Below are positions 25,117-35,067 of a stretch of 64,000 bases of DNA, one piece after another (positions within the stretch are counted from its first letter, which is position 1; each line of letters starts with the position of its first letter). The DNA is from an uncultured Gemmatimonadales bacterium (lineage in GTDB: Bacteria; Gemmatimonadota; Gemmatimonadetes; Gemmatimonadales; GWC2-71-9), in assembly GCA_963847895.1 (NCBI GenBank), contig CAWKBO010000006.1, positions 83,451 through 147,450 on the forward strand, in the 5' to 3' direction. The translations under genes were made by a program, and so were the position numbers. The notes beneath the pieces are model-generated. The model was not told the DNA's origin. It did no database searches and saw nothing but the letters and a program-made list of their open reading frames with translations.

Positions 25117-25680
25117 TCAGTTCCCCCGGACCCAGCTGTGGGTGGCATAGGAGTAGACCACCGCGCGGCCGGTGGCCCGGGTGATCTCGACCGCCCGGCA
25201 ATAGTGGCAGTCGCTGTCGGTCACCGGACTGTGGATGTAGAACGACCCGCTGATCGAGGCGGTCCCGTCACGGCGGAAGATCAGTGAGGTCAGTTCGCCG
25301 CCTGCGGCCGGTGCCGGCACCGCCGCGACCGTCCCCTGTCCCAGGGTGAAGCCGTCGTCCAGCACGCTGAAGATCACCCGCTCCCCGCTGTCGAGGGTGC
25401 CGTTGTTGTTGGCGTCCTCATGGATTCGCAGCCTCGTGGGCGACATCTGGGTCACCCGCACGTCGGTCTGCAACGACACCGCCGTCCGCTGCGCCTGGCT
25501 CAGGTCGGCAAGGACCCCTCGCGCCACGCTGTTCGCGCGGTACTGGACCCAGTCGAGATGGGACACCGCAATCGCCGCCAGGATGCCGATCAGGACGATC
25601 ACGATCAGCATCTCGATCAGGGTGATGCCGTGCCGGGCCGCCCGGGGGTCGGACCGTCGGGAGAAGGGGAGGGGAATCAT
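25117..25680 (-). CDS. GspH/FimT-like pseudopilin
   Basis: ARHGITLIEMLIVIVLIGILAAIAV methylation motif; ATG at 25680 inside ORF 25117..25899. Confidence 0.7.
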   Translation of the reverse strand: MIPLPFSRRSDPRAARHGITLIEMLIVIVLIGILAAIAVSHLDWVQYRANSVARGVLADLSQAQRTAVSLQTDVRVTQMSPTRLRIHEDANNNGTLDSGERVIFSVLDDGFTLGQGTVAAVPAPAAGGELTSLIFRRDGTASISGSFYIHSPVTDSDCHYCRAVEITRATGRAVVYSYATHSWVRGN

Positions 25681-25904
25681 GACCTCCAAGAATACGCAAG
25701 AAACCGGCCCGATGGCACCTGTTTTCCACATTCCCTTCCAGCGAGCCACTTTGGCCCCCGGCCCGGATGGGCCCGCCGGCGTGGGGGCACGGCAAAATGC
25801 CATACCGGGTCCCCCGGGTTCGTGGAGCCAAACCGCTGTCACGATTAGCTTTCTGGCTCCCGACGGCCCCAAAGGGCACCACCCCGATACCCAAAGCATC
25901 GACC

Positions 25905-27242
25905 ATGGCCGACACGACCCTGATGGACAAGCTCGTGTCGCTCTGCAAGCGGCGCGGATTCGTCTTCCAGTCCTCCGAGATCTACGGCGGCCTCGGTTCG
26001 GTCTGGGACTACGGCCCGCTGGGCGTCGAGCTCAAGAGGAACGTCAAGGACCGCTGGTGGCGGGCCATGGTCCAGGCCCGGGACGACATCGAGGGCCTCG
26101 ATGCCGCCATCCTGATGCACCCCAAGGTCTGGGAGGCGTCGGGCCACGTGCGCGGGCTTCACCGACCCGCTGGTCGACTGCCGGACCTGCAAGGCGCGCT
26201 TCCGGGCCGACAAGCTCGAGGACGCCGCCTGCCCCCAGAAGCCGAGCAAGCAGCCCGGGCGAGCACACCACCTGCGAGCTGACCGAGCCGCGCCTGTTCA
26301 ACCTGATGTTCAAGACCTTCATGGGGCCGGTGGAGGAATCGGCCGCGGTGGTCTATCTGCGCCCCGAGACGGCCCAGGGGATCTACGTCAACTACCTCAA
26401 CGTCCTGCAGGGCTCGCGCCAGAAGATCCCGTTCGGCATCGCCCAGATCGGCAAGGCGTTCCGCAACGAGATCACGCCCGGCAACTTCATCTTCCGGACC
26501 CGCGAGTTCGAGCAGATGGAGATGCAGTTCTTCGTGCAAGCCGGGCAGCCGACGAGGAGTGGTTCGAGCAGTGGCGCGAGCTCCGGATGGCCTGGCACCA
26601 CGACCTCGGCCTCGACCCCGGCCAAGCTGCGCTGGCACCAGCACGGCCCGGGCGAGCTGGCCCACTACGCCAAGGCGGCCTACGACATCGAGTACGAGTT
26701 TCCCTTCGGCTGGAAGGAGATCGAGGGGATCCACAACCGCACCGACTTCGACCTGCAGCGCCACCAGGAGGCCTCCGGCAAGAAGCTCGAGTACTTCGAC
26801 CAGGCCACCAACGAGCGGTTCCTGCCCTACATCGTCGAGACCTCGGCCGGCGCCGACCGGGTCACCCTGACGGTGCTGGTCGATGCCTATCGCGAGGAGC
26901 AGGTCGAGGGGGAGACCCGCGTGGTGCTCGGGCTTCCACCCGCCATCGCGCCGATCAAGGTGGCGGTGTTTCCGCTGGTCAAGAAGGACGGGATGCCGGA
27001 GTTGGCCACGCGGCTGTACCACGACCTCAAGCCGCACGTGCCTGCGTTCTACGACGACAGCGGTGCGATCGGCCGGCGCTACCGGCGGCATGGACGAGGC
27101 CGGCACGCCGTTCTGCATCACGGTGGACGGACAGACGCTGCAGGACGGCACCGTGACGGTGCGGCACCGGGATTCGATGGCGCAGGAGCGGGTGGCGCGG
27201 ATCGATCAGGTGCCGGCCTGGATCCGCGATCGCCTCGGCTGA
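25905..27242 (+). pseudogene. glyQS: Glycine--tRNA ligase (dimeric GlyQS type), several frameshifts as assembled
   Basis: [41 protein letters not shown] / FNLMFKTFMGP...YLRPETAQGIYVNY...FRNEITPGNFIFRTREFEQMEMQFF. Confidence 0.9.
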
Positions 27243-27250
27243 GGATCGAC

Positions 27251-28544
27251 ATGAGGACGGGCGATGAGCACGCACCGCGGAAGATCGGCGAGCGAGTGCT
27301 GCGGCCCGAGAGCTCGATGATGAGCTACGGGTACGACCCGCCGCTCTCCGAGGGGGCGGTCAAGTGCCCGATCTTCCAGACCTCGACCTTCGCCTTCGAG
27401 ATCGGCGGAGGCGGGCAAGGCGTTCTTCGAGGTGGCCTACGGACTGCGCGAGCCGGAGTGGTGGCGAGGAAACTGGGGCTGATCTACAGCCGGCTCAACA
27501 ACCCGGACCTGGAAATCCTCGAGGACCGGCTGGCGCTCTGGGATGATGCCGAGTCGCGCCGCGGTCTTCGCCAGCGGCATGGCGGCCATCACCACCTCGC
27601 TGCTCGCGTACCTGCGCCCGGCGACGTGCTGGTGCACAGCGAGCCGCTCTACGGCGGCTCGGACCATTTCATCCGCCACATCCTCCCCGCCTGGACATCG
27701 AGATGATTCCAGTTCCCGGCGGGTGTACCGATGTCGGCCTCGCTCGAGGCCGAGCTGCGGCAGGCGATCGGCGGCCGCCGGTGGCCGCCGTGCTGGTCGA
27801 GACACCGGCCAATCCGACCAACGCCTGGTGGACATCGCCGGCCCTCGTCGCCGATTCACCGCCTCCCTGGCCCGTGGCGACCGGCGCCCCCCGTGATGGT
27901 GGACAACACCTTCCTCGGCCCGATCTTCCAGCAGCCGCTCGATCACGGCGCCGACCTGGTGCTCTACTCGCTCACCAAGTTCATCGGCGGGCACAGCGAC
28001 GTGATCGCCGGCGCCGTCTTTGGCAGTCTCGAGGCGATGGCGCCGGTCCGCGCCCTGCGCACCTTCATGGGCACCATGGCGGGCCCCTGGTCGGGCTGGC
28101 TGCTGCTGCGGAGCCTCGAGACGCTCAAGATGCGGATGGAGGCTGGCGCCCGAAGAATGCCGGTCGGGTGGCCGACTTCCTGGCCGGGCACCCGAAGGTG
28201 CGCCAGGTGAACTGGCTGGGGCTGCTCCCGGTCGATGACCCGATGTGCGAGGTCTACCGATCGGCAGTGCGCGGACCCGGGGCGATGATCTCGTTCGAGG
28301 TGCACGGCGGCGAGGCCGAGGCGTTCCGGTTCCTCGAACGCCCTCACGCTGGTGAAGCTGGCGGTGTGCCTGGGTGGCACCGAGTCGCTGGCGGAGCATC
28401 CGCAGACGATGACGCACGCCGACGTCGACCCGGCGGATCAGGCGCGCATCGGGATCACCCCGGCGCTGGTGCGCCTGTCGGTCGGGATCGAGGACGCCGA
28501 CGACCTCGCTGCCGATCTCGGTGCGGCGCTCGACGCCGGTGTAG
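27251..28544 (+). pseudogene. Cys/Met-metabolism PLP-dependent enzyme (cystathionine gamma-synthase/beta-lyase family), frameshifted; no in-frame stop before the next gene
   Basis: AVKCPIFQTSTFAF / [18 protein letters not shown] / GGTESLAEHPQTMTHA...LVRLSVGIEDADDL, in different frames. Confidence 0.75.
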
Positions 28545-28552
28545 CGGGGGCG

Positions 28553-29251
28553 ATGCAGCTCGACGCCTTCGAGGCCATGGTGCGGGAGCTCAGCCGCGAG
28601 ATGCCCGACCGCTACTTCGACGGCGTGTCCGAGATCGTGGTGTCACCCCGCGCCGTTCCGCACCCGGTCCACGGCGACGTGTTCACGCTCGGGGAGTGCA
28701 TCGCATTGCCACTCGACGGCGAAGGCCCCGAGTCGGTGCAGAGTCGAGTCGTGCTCTATCACGGCTCGTTCCGGGCGCTCGCCGAGCTCGACCCGGCGTT
28801 CGACTGGCGTGAGGAGGCGTGGGAGACGCTTACTCACGAGCTGCGGCATCACGTCGAGTGGCGGGCCCGCCGCGACGACCTCGGCGCCTCCGACGAGGCC
28901 GCCGACCAGAACTGGGCTCGGCAACGCGGCGAGCCATTCGACCCGCTCTTCCACCTCGATGGCGAGGAACTGGCGGATGGGGTCTTCCAGGTGGACGAGG
29001 ACTGGTTCCTCGACCGGGTGGTGCGCGAGATGCCCCACCGGGTCGATATTGGCTGGCACGGCAGGCGCTACTTCGTGACGATGCCCCGGGCGGCCGTCCT
29101 GCCGGCGTTCGTGGCGCTCGACGGGGTAGAGGAACCCCCTGCGGGCGACCTGGTGCTGGTGTTGCGCCGCCGGCCGCGATGGCGGGACCTCTTCCGCCCA
29201 ACCCGGCCCTGGCAGGGCCGCGCAACTGTCTCCTTGCTCGAGGGCGACTGA
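28553..29251 (+). CDS. Zincin-like metallopeptidase family protein (HExxH: THELRHH) with a ~100 aa C-terminal extension
   Basis: ATG 28553 lies inside ORF 28352..29251. The layout resembles small 'metallopeptidase family protein' (Zincin_1-like); assignment from memory of the family. Confidence 0.55.
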   Translation: MQLDAFEAMVRELSREMPDRYFDGVSEIVVSPRAVPHPVHGDVFTLGECIALPLDGEGPESVQSRVVLYHGSFRALAELDPAFDWREEAWETLTHELRHHVEWRARRDDLGASDEAADQNWARQRGEPFDPLFHLDGEELADGVFQVDEDWFLDRVVREMPHRVDIGWHGRRYFVTMPRAAVLPAFVALDGVEEPPAGDLVLVLRRRPRWRDLFRPTRPWQGRATVSLLEGD

Positions 29252-29253
29252 CA

Positions 29254-29523
29254 ATGGTGCACGAGACCATGACGACCCTGGCACCCGATGAGGTGCTCGA
29301 CCGCGCCGAGTCGTTCTTTGGCGAGCGGGTGCCGCTCCAGGCGGCGTTTCCCGAGCGACGCGGACCGACCCATCTGGTCTTGCGTGGCCAGGGCGGGGAA
29401 GAGGTCGCGATCGCGGTCCGGCCCGCCGAGGCCGGCACCCGGGTGCGCGGTTCCACGCTGCTCTTCGACCAGGCACTGGCGCGTTTCCTCACCACCCTCC
29501 CGCCGCTTCCGGGGGTCGCATGA
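29254..29523 (+). CDS. Hypothetical protein (89 aa)
   Basis: ATG 29254; translationally coupled (ATGA) to the next ORF. No motif recognised. Confidence 0.5.
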   Translation: MVHETMTTLAPDEVLDRAESFFGERVPLQAAFPERRGPTHLVLRGQGGEEVAIAVRPAEAGTRVRGSTLLFDQALARFLTTLPPLPGVA

Positions 29524-29771
29524 GCGCCTTGCGCGTGACGGTGCTCGACACGTGGGACGAGATCGCCCTGCCGCTGGAGGCCAACCAGACCGTGGCGGCG
29601 ATCAAGCAGGCGGCACTCGAGGCGGCGCGGGTCCCCGACGATCCCGGTGCCTTCGCGGTGAAGTATCTCGGGGCCGAGTTGCGCGATGAGCAGCAGACCG
29701 TGGCGGAGGCCGGATTTCCCGACGGCGCCGCGTTGATCGTCCTGCGTCGTCGGCGCCGCGCCGTGCGCTGA
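29520..29771 (+). CDS. Small ubiquitin-like (beta-grasp) protein candidate, 83 aa, no C-terminal GG
   Basis: By-eye alignment to ubiquitin: LRVTVLD.../...TVAAIKQAALEAARVP.../...KYLGAELRDEQQTVAEAGFPDGAALIVLRRRRR versus ...[32 protein letters not shown]. Confidence 0.45.
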   Translation: MSALRVTVLDTWDEIALPLEANQTVAAIKQAALEAARVPDDPGAFAVKYLGAELRDEQQTVAEAGFPDGAALIVLRRRRRAVR

Positions 29772-30652
29772 TGACCGCAGTCTTCACCGCGACCGCCTGC
29801 CTGGGCCACGAGGGATTCCCCGAGCAGCCGGCTCGACTCGCCGCGGTGCAGGAGCGGCTGGCCAGCGACGGCCGGTTCGTCCCGCGCGAGGCCCCACCCG
29901 CCGGTCTCGAGCCGCTGGAGCTCCGCCACCCACATGAGTGGTTGCTGACCCTCGAATATCGGGCCGCGCATCGCGAGGACGCCGGGGAGGAGGTGCCACT
30001 GGTGCCCGCCTCCTGGTCGGCGATCCTCGGGGCGGCCGGGGCGGTCGCTGCCGCGGTCGAACACGCGATGCCGGGGCGGGCGGCATTCGCCGCAGTGCGT
30101 CCCCCAGGCCACCACGCGTCGGCCCAGCGAGCGATGGGATTCTGCCCGGTCAACCTGGTCACCGTGGCGGTGGCGATGGCCCGTCGTGCCGGGGCCGAGC
30201 GGGCGCTGATCGTCGACTGGGACGTGCACCACGGCAACGGGACCCAGGAGATCATCCAGGCCGAGGCGGCGACCCGATTCGTCTCGATGCACCAGCATCC
30301 GTGGTATCCCGGCACCGGTCGTGCCGACGAACGCGGGGTCGGCAACTGCTTCAATGTGCCGATGCCCGCCGGCCAGTCACGCGCGGACTACCTCGAGGCG
30401 CTCTGGGACGCCGTCACGGCGGCCACCGACGACTGGAGTCCGGACGCGCTCTTCGTGAGCGCCGGCTACGATGGGATGGCGGGCGACCCGCTCGGTGGCT
30501 TCACCCTCGAGCCGGCCGATTACGCCACCTGGATCACCCGACTCCGCGACCGGTGGCCCGACCGGCCGATGGTGGCACTGATGGAAGGCGGCTACGATCC
30601 CGCCCGCCTCGCGGACGGCGTGCTGAGCACGGTCGAGGCGATGGTAGATTAG
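29771..30652 (+). CDS. Histone deacetylase-family amidohydrolase
   Basis: RPPGHHA...IVDWDVHHGNGTQEI...SAGYDGMAGDPLGGF. Confidence 0.88.
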   Translation: MTAVFTATACLGHEGFPEQPARLAAVQERLASDGRFVPREAPPAGLEPLELRHPHEWLLTLEYRAAHREDAGEEVPLVPASWSAILGAAGAVAAAVEHAMPGRAAFAAVRPPGHHASAQRAMGFCPVNLVTVAVAMARRAGAERALIVDWDVHHGNGTQEIIQAEAATRFVSMHQHPWYPGTGRADERGVGNCFNVPMPAGQSRADYLEALWDAVTAATDDWSPDALFVSAGYDGMAGDPLGGFTLEPADYATWITRLRDRWPDRPMVALMEGGYDPARLADGVLSTVEAMVD

Positions 30653-30696
30653 GGACGAGATCAGCGATCAGAGATCTGCCGTTCGAGGTTCGATAG

Positions 30697-30716
30697 ACCA
30701 GCGGCGCGCCGCTGGT
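30697..30716. terminator. Perfect 20-nt palindrome after the HDAC-family gene (possible terminator stem)
   Basis: ACCAGCGGCG|CGCCGCTGGT; no U-tract. Confidence 0.3.
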
Positions 30717-30820
30717 GTCCGGCTTCGGCATCCAGGACCCCGGCCCGATCCCGAGGCCGACGTCCTTCGTCTCCGTTCCCGGCTCGCGCACCTCGTATCT
30801 CCCCGCCAAGGAACACTGCC

Positions 30821-31840
30821 ATGCCGCTCACGCTCTCCACCGAAATTCTCACTCTCAGGACCCGGCATCCATTCATCATCGCCCGCGGGGGACAGTCGGA
30901 ATACCGCACCGTGATGGTGCGGATCTCCGATGGCGACGGCATGGAGGGGTGGGGTGAGGCCGCGGCCACGCGGTTCTACGGCGAGACGCTCGAGACGGTG
31001 CAGGCGGCGTTGCCAACCTACGCCGCGGTGCTCGGTGATGACCCGCAGCAGCTCGAGGCGATCGAGACCCGGTTGCTCGCGACCCTCGGGCGCAACGCAG
31101 CCGCACGAGTGGCGATCTCGGCGGCGCTCCACGACCTGGTCGCCAGGCGCGCCGGCGTGTCGCTCTGTCGCTACTGGGGACTCGACCCGGCGGCGGCTCC
31201 GCAATCGACCTTCACGATCGGGATGGACACCGCCGAGATGGTGCGTCGCAAGGTCGGCGAGGCGGACGAGTATCCGGTGCTCAAGATCAAGCTCGGGGGT
31301 GACCACGATCTCGAGCTGCTCGAGACGATCCGCAGCGTCACCGACAAGGAGTTGCGGGTCGACGCCAATTGCGGCTGGACCGCACCGCACGCCGTGAGGA
31401 TGTTGCCCATCCTCGAGGAGTTCGGCGTGACGCTGCTCGAGCAACCAGTGGCGCCTGGCGACCTCGAGGGGCTCGCCCGGGTTCGTGCCCACAGCCGGAT
31501 GCCGGTCATCGCCGATGAGAGCTGTGTCACGGCGCAGGACATCCCGGCGCTGGTGGGTCGGGTCGATGGCATCAACATCAAGCTCGCCAAGTGCGGTTCG
31601 CTGCGGGAGGCGATCCGGATGATCGCGATCGCACGGGCCCACGGGCTGATGGTGATGATCGGCTGCATGATCGAGTCCTCGCTCGGCATCACCGCCGCGG
31701 CCCATCTCACGCCTCTCGTGGACGTGGTCGACCTCGATGGCGCCGCGTTGCTTGCCGAGGACCCGTTCGCCGGGGCGACGATCGCCGGGGGACAGGTGCG
31801 GATTCCCGAGGGACCCGGTCTGGGTGTCGCCCGGCGGTGA
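30821..31840 (+). CDS. Dipeptide epimerase (L-Ala-D/L-Glu epimerase-like, enolase superfamily)
   Basis: LKIKLGG...LRVDANCGW...EQP...ADES...INIKLAKCG pattern. Confidence 0.8.
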   Translation: MPLTLSTEILTLRTRHPFIIARGGQSEYRTVMVRISDGDGMEGWGEAAATRFYGETLETVQAALPTYAAVLGDDPQQLEAIETRLLATLGRNAAARVAISAALHDLVARRAGVSLCRYWGLDPAAAPQSTFTIGMDTAEMVRRKVGEADEYPVLKIKLGGDHDLELLETIRSVTDKELRVDANCGWTAPHAVRMLPILEEFGVTLLEQPVAPGDLEGLARVRAHSRMPVIADESCVTAQDIPALVGRVDGINIKLAKCGSLREAIRMIAIARAHGLMVMIGCMIESSLGITAAAHLTPLVDVVDLDGAALLAEDPFAGATIAGGQVRIPEGPGLGVARR

Positions 31841-34257
31841 GCGACGGGCTGTTCGCGCAGGTCGCACTGCCGTTGCCGGTGGCCGATCCCTACCGCTACC
31901 GGATCCCGATCGCCCTCGCCGACCGCGCGCTCCCCGGGGCGCGCGTCGTCGTTCCGGTCCGGGCCCGCGAGATGGTGGGCATCGTGGTGGCCGTCGACGA
32001 CATCGCCCCGGACGGTGTGGCACGCGAGATCCTCGCGGCACCCGATCCCGAGCCGGCGTTGCCACCGGGCCTGCTCGCCCTCGCTGACGAGGCAGCGAGG
32101 CACTGGGGCGCGCCCCTGGGGCTGATGCTGCGCGCGATGCTTCCCGGCGCGCTCTGGGGGCGCTCGACGGTGGAGCTGGTGGCCCTCGATGTGGGCGCCC
32201 CTGCAATCGGCGGAGTGGCCGGCGAGCTGCTCGAGTGGCTGGCGCGTCGCGGCGGGCGTGCCCGCGCGAGCGCCGCGTCGAAGGCGCTGCGTCGTCCGGT
32301 CTGGGATGCCGCCGATCGGCTGCAGCGGATCGGATTGCTGGCGATCGAAGTGGTTCCTCCCGATCTGCGCGGCGGCGTTCGCACCGAACGGGTCGCGGTG
32401 CTGGCGGGCGACCCGATGCCGCTGCTCGAGCGTGAACGACAGTTCAAGCGGTCGCCAGCCCAGCGCCGGCTCTACGAGACACTCGAATCGAGTGCTGGCC
32501 GATTGGAGGTGCAGCGGCTGCTCGAGCGGGCGGGCGCCAGCGACGGACCCCTGCGGCAGCTCGTCGTGGCCGGCCTGGTGAAGGTGGACGCGGAGGAGAG
32601 CCGCCGCGATCCGTTCGCGGGCCTGCCTGCCACGCCGCCCCCGGCCCGGCTCACGACCGCGCAGGACGCCGCGCTGGAGCGGCTCGACGCGCTGGAGCCG
32701 ACGCGACCGGGACTCCTCTTCGGCGTGACCGGCTCGGGCAAGACCGCGGTCTACCTGGCCTGCATCCGGCGCCTGCTCGACGCCGATCGCGGTGCAATCC
32801 TGCTGGTCCCCGAGATCGCCCTCACCCCACAGACAGTGGCCCGGGTGCGGGGTGCGTTCGGCGATGGCGTGGCGGTGCTGCACAGCGGCCTCTCCGATGG
32901 CGAACGGGCCGACGCATGGCGGGCCCTCCGCCGCGGTGATTGCCGGGTTGCGGTTGGCGCGCGCTCCGCGGTGTTCGCGCCGGTCCGGGATCTCGGCATC
33001 ATCGTGCTCGACGAGGAGCACGAGGCCACCTACAAGAACGGCGAGACACCGCGCTATCATGCCCGCGATGTGGCCCGGATGCGGGCCCGACTCGAAGGCG
33101 CCGCCCTCGTGCTCGGAAGTGCCACACCTTCGGTGGAGAGCTGGGCCCGGGCGCTTCGCGAGGAGACACTGATCCGATTGCCGGCCCGGATCGGCGACCG
33201 CCCGATGCCGCCGGTCACGATGGTGGACCTCCGGTCGGAGCCGTCACTAGGCGGGGCGGGACTTCCCTGGACCGCCCCACTCGACACGGCCGTCACCGCC
33301 ACCCTCGGCCGCGGCGAGCAGGTGCTCCTGCTCCTCAACCGGCGCGGCTGGGCGTCGTTCATCCAGTGCACCGCGTGCGGCGAGGCGGTCGAGTGCCCCA
33401 ACTGCAGCATCGCGATGACCGTGCACCGGTCGCCCGATCACCTGCGGTGCCACTACTGCGATCATCGCGCCGACATCCCGCGGCGCTGCGCCGTCTGTGA
33501 CGGCGAGACCACCAGTCATCGAGGTGCCGGCACCCAGCAACTCGAGCGACTGGTCGCCGAACGCTTCCCGGCGGCGCGCCTGGCTCGGATGGACCTCGAC
33601 ACCACCACCGGCCGTTGGTCGCATCACCGCATCCTCGAACGGGTCGGTCGGCGCGAAGTCGACATCCTGCTCGGCACCCAGATGATCGCCAAGGGGATCG
33701 ACTTCCCCAATGTGACGCTGGTGGGAGTGGTCGATGCCGACCTCGCGCTCCATCTCCCCGACTTTCGCGCCGCGGAACGGGCCTTCCAGCTGGTGGCGCA
33801 AGTGGCGGGTCGGGCCGGCCGCGGTCCCCGCGGCGGCACCGTGCTGGTGCAGACCCGGCAGCCGGAACACCCGGCGCTGCAGTTCGCCGCCGCCCACGAT
33901 GCCGAGGGGTTCCTCACCGCCGAGCTCGAGTCACGGGCCAGTCCGGCCTATCCGCCGTGCACGGCACTGGCGCGGGTGGTGGCGAGCGGCCCCGATCGCG
34001 ACGAGGTGCAGCGCCGGATCCTGGAATTCACCGCCTGGAGCGAGCGGGCGATCGCCCGCTCGGGTCGGGCGCTGATCGTGCTGGGTCCGGCTGCGTGTCC
34101 GGTGGAGCGGATCCGCAACGAATGGCGGATGCACCTCCTCATCAAGGGCGACGACCGGGCACTCGGCGCCTGGGTCCGCACCGTGGGCCCGAGGCTGTCG
34201 GCGCGGCGCGGCAACGTGCGGCTCACCCTCGACCGGGATCCGGTGAGCCTCTTGTGA
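31837..34257 (+). CDS. priA: Primosomal protein N' (replication restart helicase PriA)
   Basis: GVTGSGKTAVYL...LVPEIALTPQ; Cys-rich zinc region CTACGE..CPNCS...CHYCDH...CAVCDG. GTG 31837 overlaps the previous stop. Confidence 0.92.
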   Translation: MSDGLFAQVALPLPVADPYRYRIPIALADRALPGARVVVPVRAREMVGIVVAVDDIAPDGVAREILAAPDPEPALPPGLLALADEAARHWGAPLGLMLRAMLPGALWGRSTVELVALDVGAPAIGGVAGELLEWLARRGGRARASAASKALRRPVWDAADRLQRIGLLAIEVVPPDLRGGVRTERVAVLAGDPMPLLERERQFKRSPAQRRLYETLESSAGRLEVQRLLERAGASDGPLRQLVVAGLVKVDAEESRRDPFAGLPATPPPARLTTAQDAALERLDALEPTRPGLLFGVTGSGKTAVYLACIRRLLDADRGAILLVPEIALTPQTVARVRGAFGDGVAVLHSGLSDGERADAWRALRRGDCRVAVGARSAVFAPVRDLGIIVLDEEHEATYKNGETPRYHARDVARMRARLEGAALVLGSATPSVESWARALREETLIRLPARIGDRPMPPVTMVDLRSEPSLGGAGLPWTAPLDTAVTATLGRGEQVLLLLNRRGWASFIQCTACGEAVECPNCSIAMTVHRSPDHLRCHYCDHRADIPRRCAVCDGETTSHRGAGTQQLERLVAERFPAARLARMDLDTTTGRWSHHRILERVGRREVDILLGTQMIAKGIDFPNVTLVGVVDADLALHLPDFRAAERAFQLVAQVAGRAGRGPRGGTVLVQTRQPEHPALQFAAAHDAEGFLTAELESRASPAYPPCTALARVVASGPDRDEVQRRILEFTAWSERAIARSGRALIVLGPAACPVERIRNEWRMHLLIKGDDRALGAWVRTVGPRLSARRGNVRLTLDRDPVSLL

Positions 34258-34265
34258 CGCGAGCG

Positions 34266-34404
34266 GCGAACAGCGAACAGCGAACGGCGAAGGGGTGGAC
34301 GAGCGGACCCGGGCCCCGCGGGTCGCCTCTCGCCGGTTGGCTTCCCCGACAGTAACTTCGCCTGTCGCCTGTCGCCTGTCGCCTGTCGCCTGTCGCCTGT
34401 CGCC
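34266..34404. repeat. Heptamer arrays: (GCGAACA)x3-4 at 34266-34293 and (TGTCGCC)x6 at 34363-34404
   Basis: Read directly. The right array is identical in unit to 209-257. The arms are imperfectly complementary (4 of 7 positions per unit plus 7 bp at the base). Confidence 0.85.
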
Positions 34405-34422
34405 CCTATCCTCGAGGCCACA

Positions 34423-35052
34423 ATGAAGAAGCTGCTTACCGAGTTCATCGGCACCTACTTCCTCGTGCTGGTGATCGGACTGGCGGTGACCGGTTCGGTG
34501 GCGATGGCACCGCTCGCGATCGGTGGAGTGCTCGCCGTGGTGGTCTACATGGGTGGTCACGTATCCGGGGGCCACTACAATCCGGCGGTCAGCACGGCGG
34601 TCCTGCTCCGCGGGGCGATGCCGCGAGGCGATTTCGTGCCATACGTCCTCGCGCAGCTGCTGGGTGCCCTCGCGGCGGCGGCAACGGTCCAGCTGGCGAC
34701 CGGGCACACCTTTGCCCCGGCACCGGCAGCGGAGGCGGGCCTGGTCGCCCCCTTCCTGCTCGAGCTGCTCTTCACCTTCCTGCTCGCGCTGGTGGTGCTC
34801 AATACCGCTGCGACGGAGGCGACCAAGGGCAACTCCTACTTCGGCTTGGCGATCGGTGGCACGGTGATGGTCGGGGCATTCGTGGCGGGCGGGATTTCGG
34901 GCGGTGCGTTCAACCCGGCGGTGGGAACCGGGCCGATCGTCTTCCAGGCATTTGCGGGCACGGGCGGGCTGGAGCACCTCTGGCTCTACATCGTCGCGCC
35001 GCTCACCGGTGGCGTGCTCGCTGCGGTGGTGCACCGGTTGCAGTCGCAGTAA
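34423..35052 (+). CDS. MIP-family channel (aquaporin-like)
   Basis: Two NPA boxes (GGHYNPAVS, GGAFNPAVG) and six hydrophobic segments. Confidence 0.9.
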   Translation: MKKLLTEFIGTYFLVLVIGLAVTGSVAMAPLAIGGVLAVVVYMGGHVSGGHYNPAVSTAVLLRGAMPRGDFVPYVLAQLLGALAAAATVQLATGHTFAPAPAAEAGLVAPFLLELLFTFLLALVVLNTAATEATKGNSYFGLAIGGTVMVGAFVAGGISGGAFNPAVGTGPIVFQAFAGTGGLEHLWLYIVAPLTGGVLAAVVHRLQSQ

Positions 35053-35067
35053 GCGGCTCGCCGTGCG

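Noticed and set aside
30657-30685. An eighth heptamer element (GATCAGC GATCAGA GATCTGC) after the HDAC-family gene
   Set aside because: It has only three units and no convincing complementary arm downstream of the 30697-30716 palindrome, which is too weak to count with the family.
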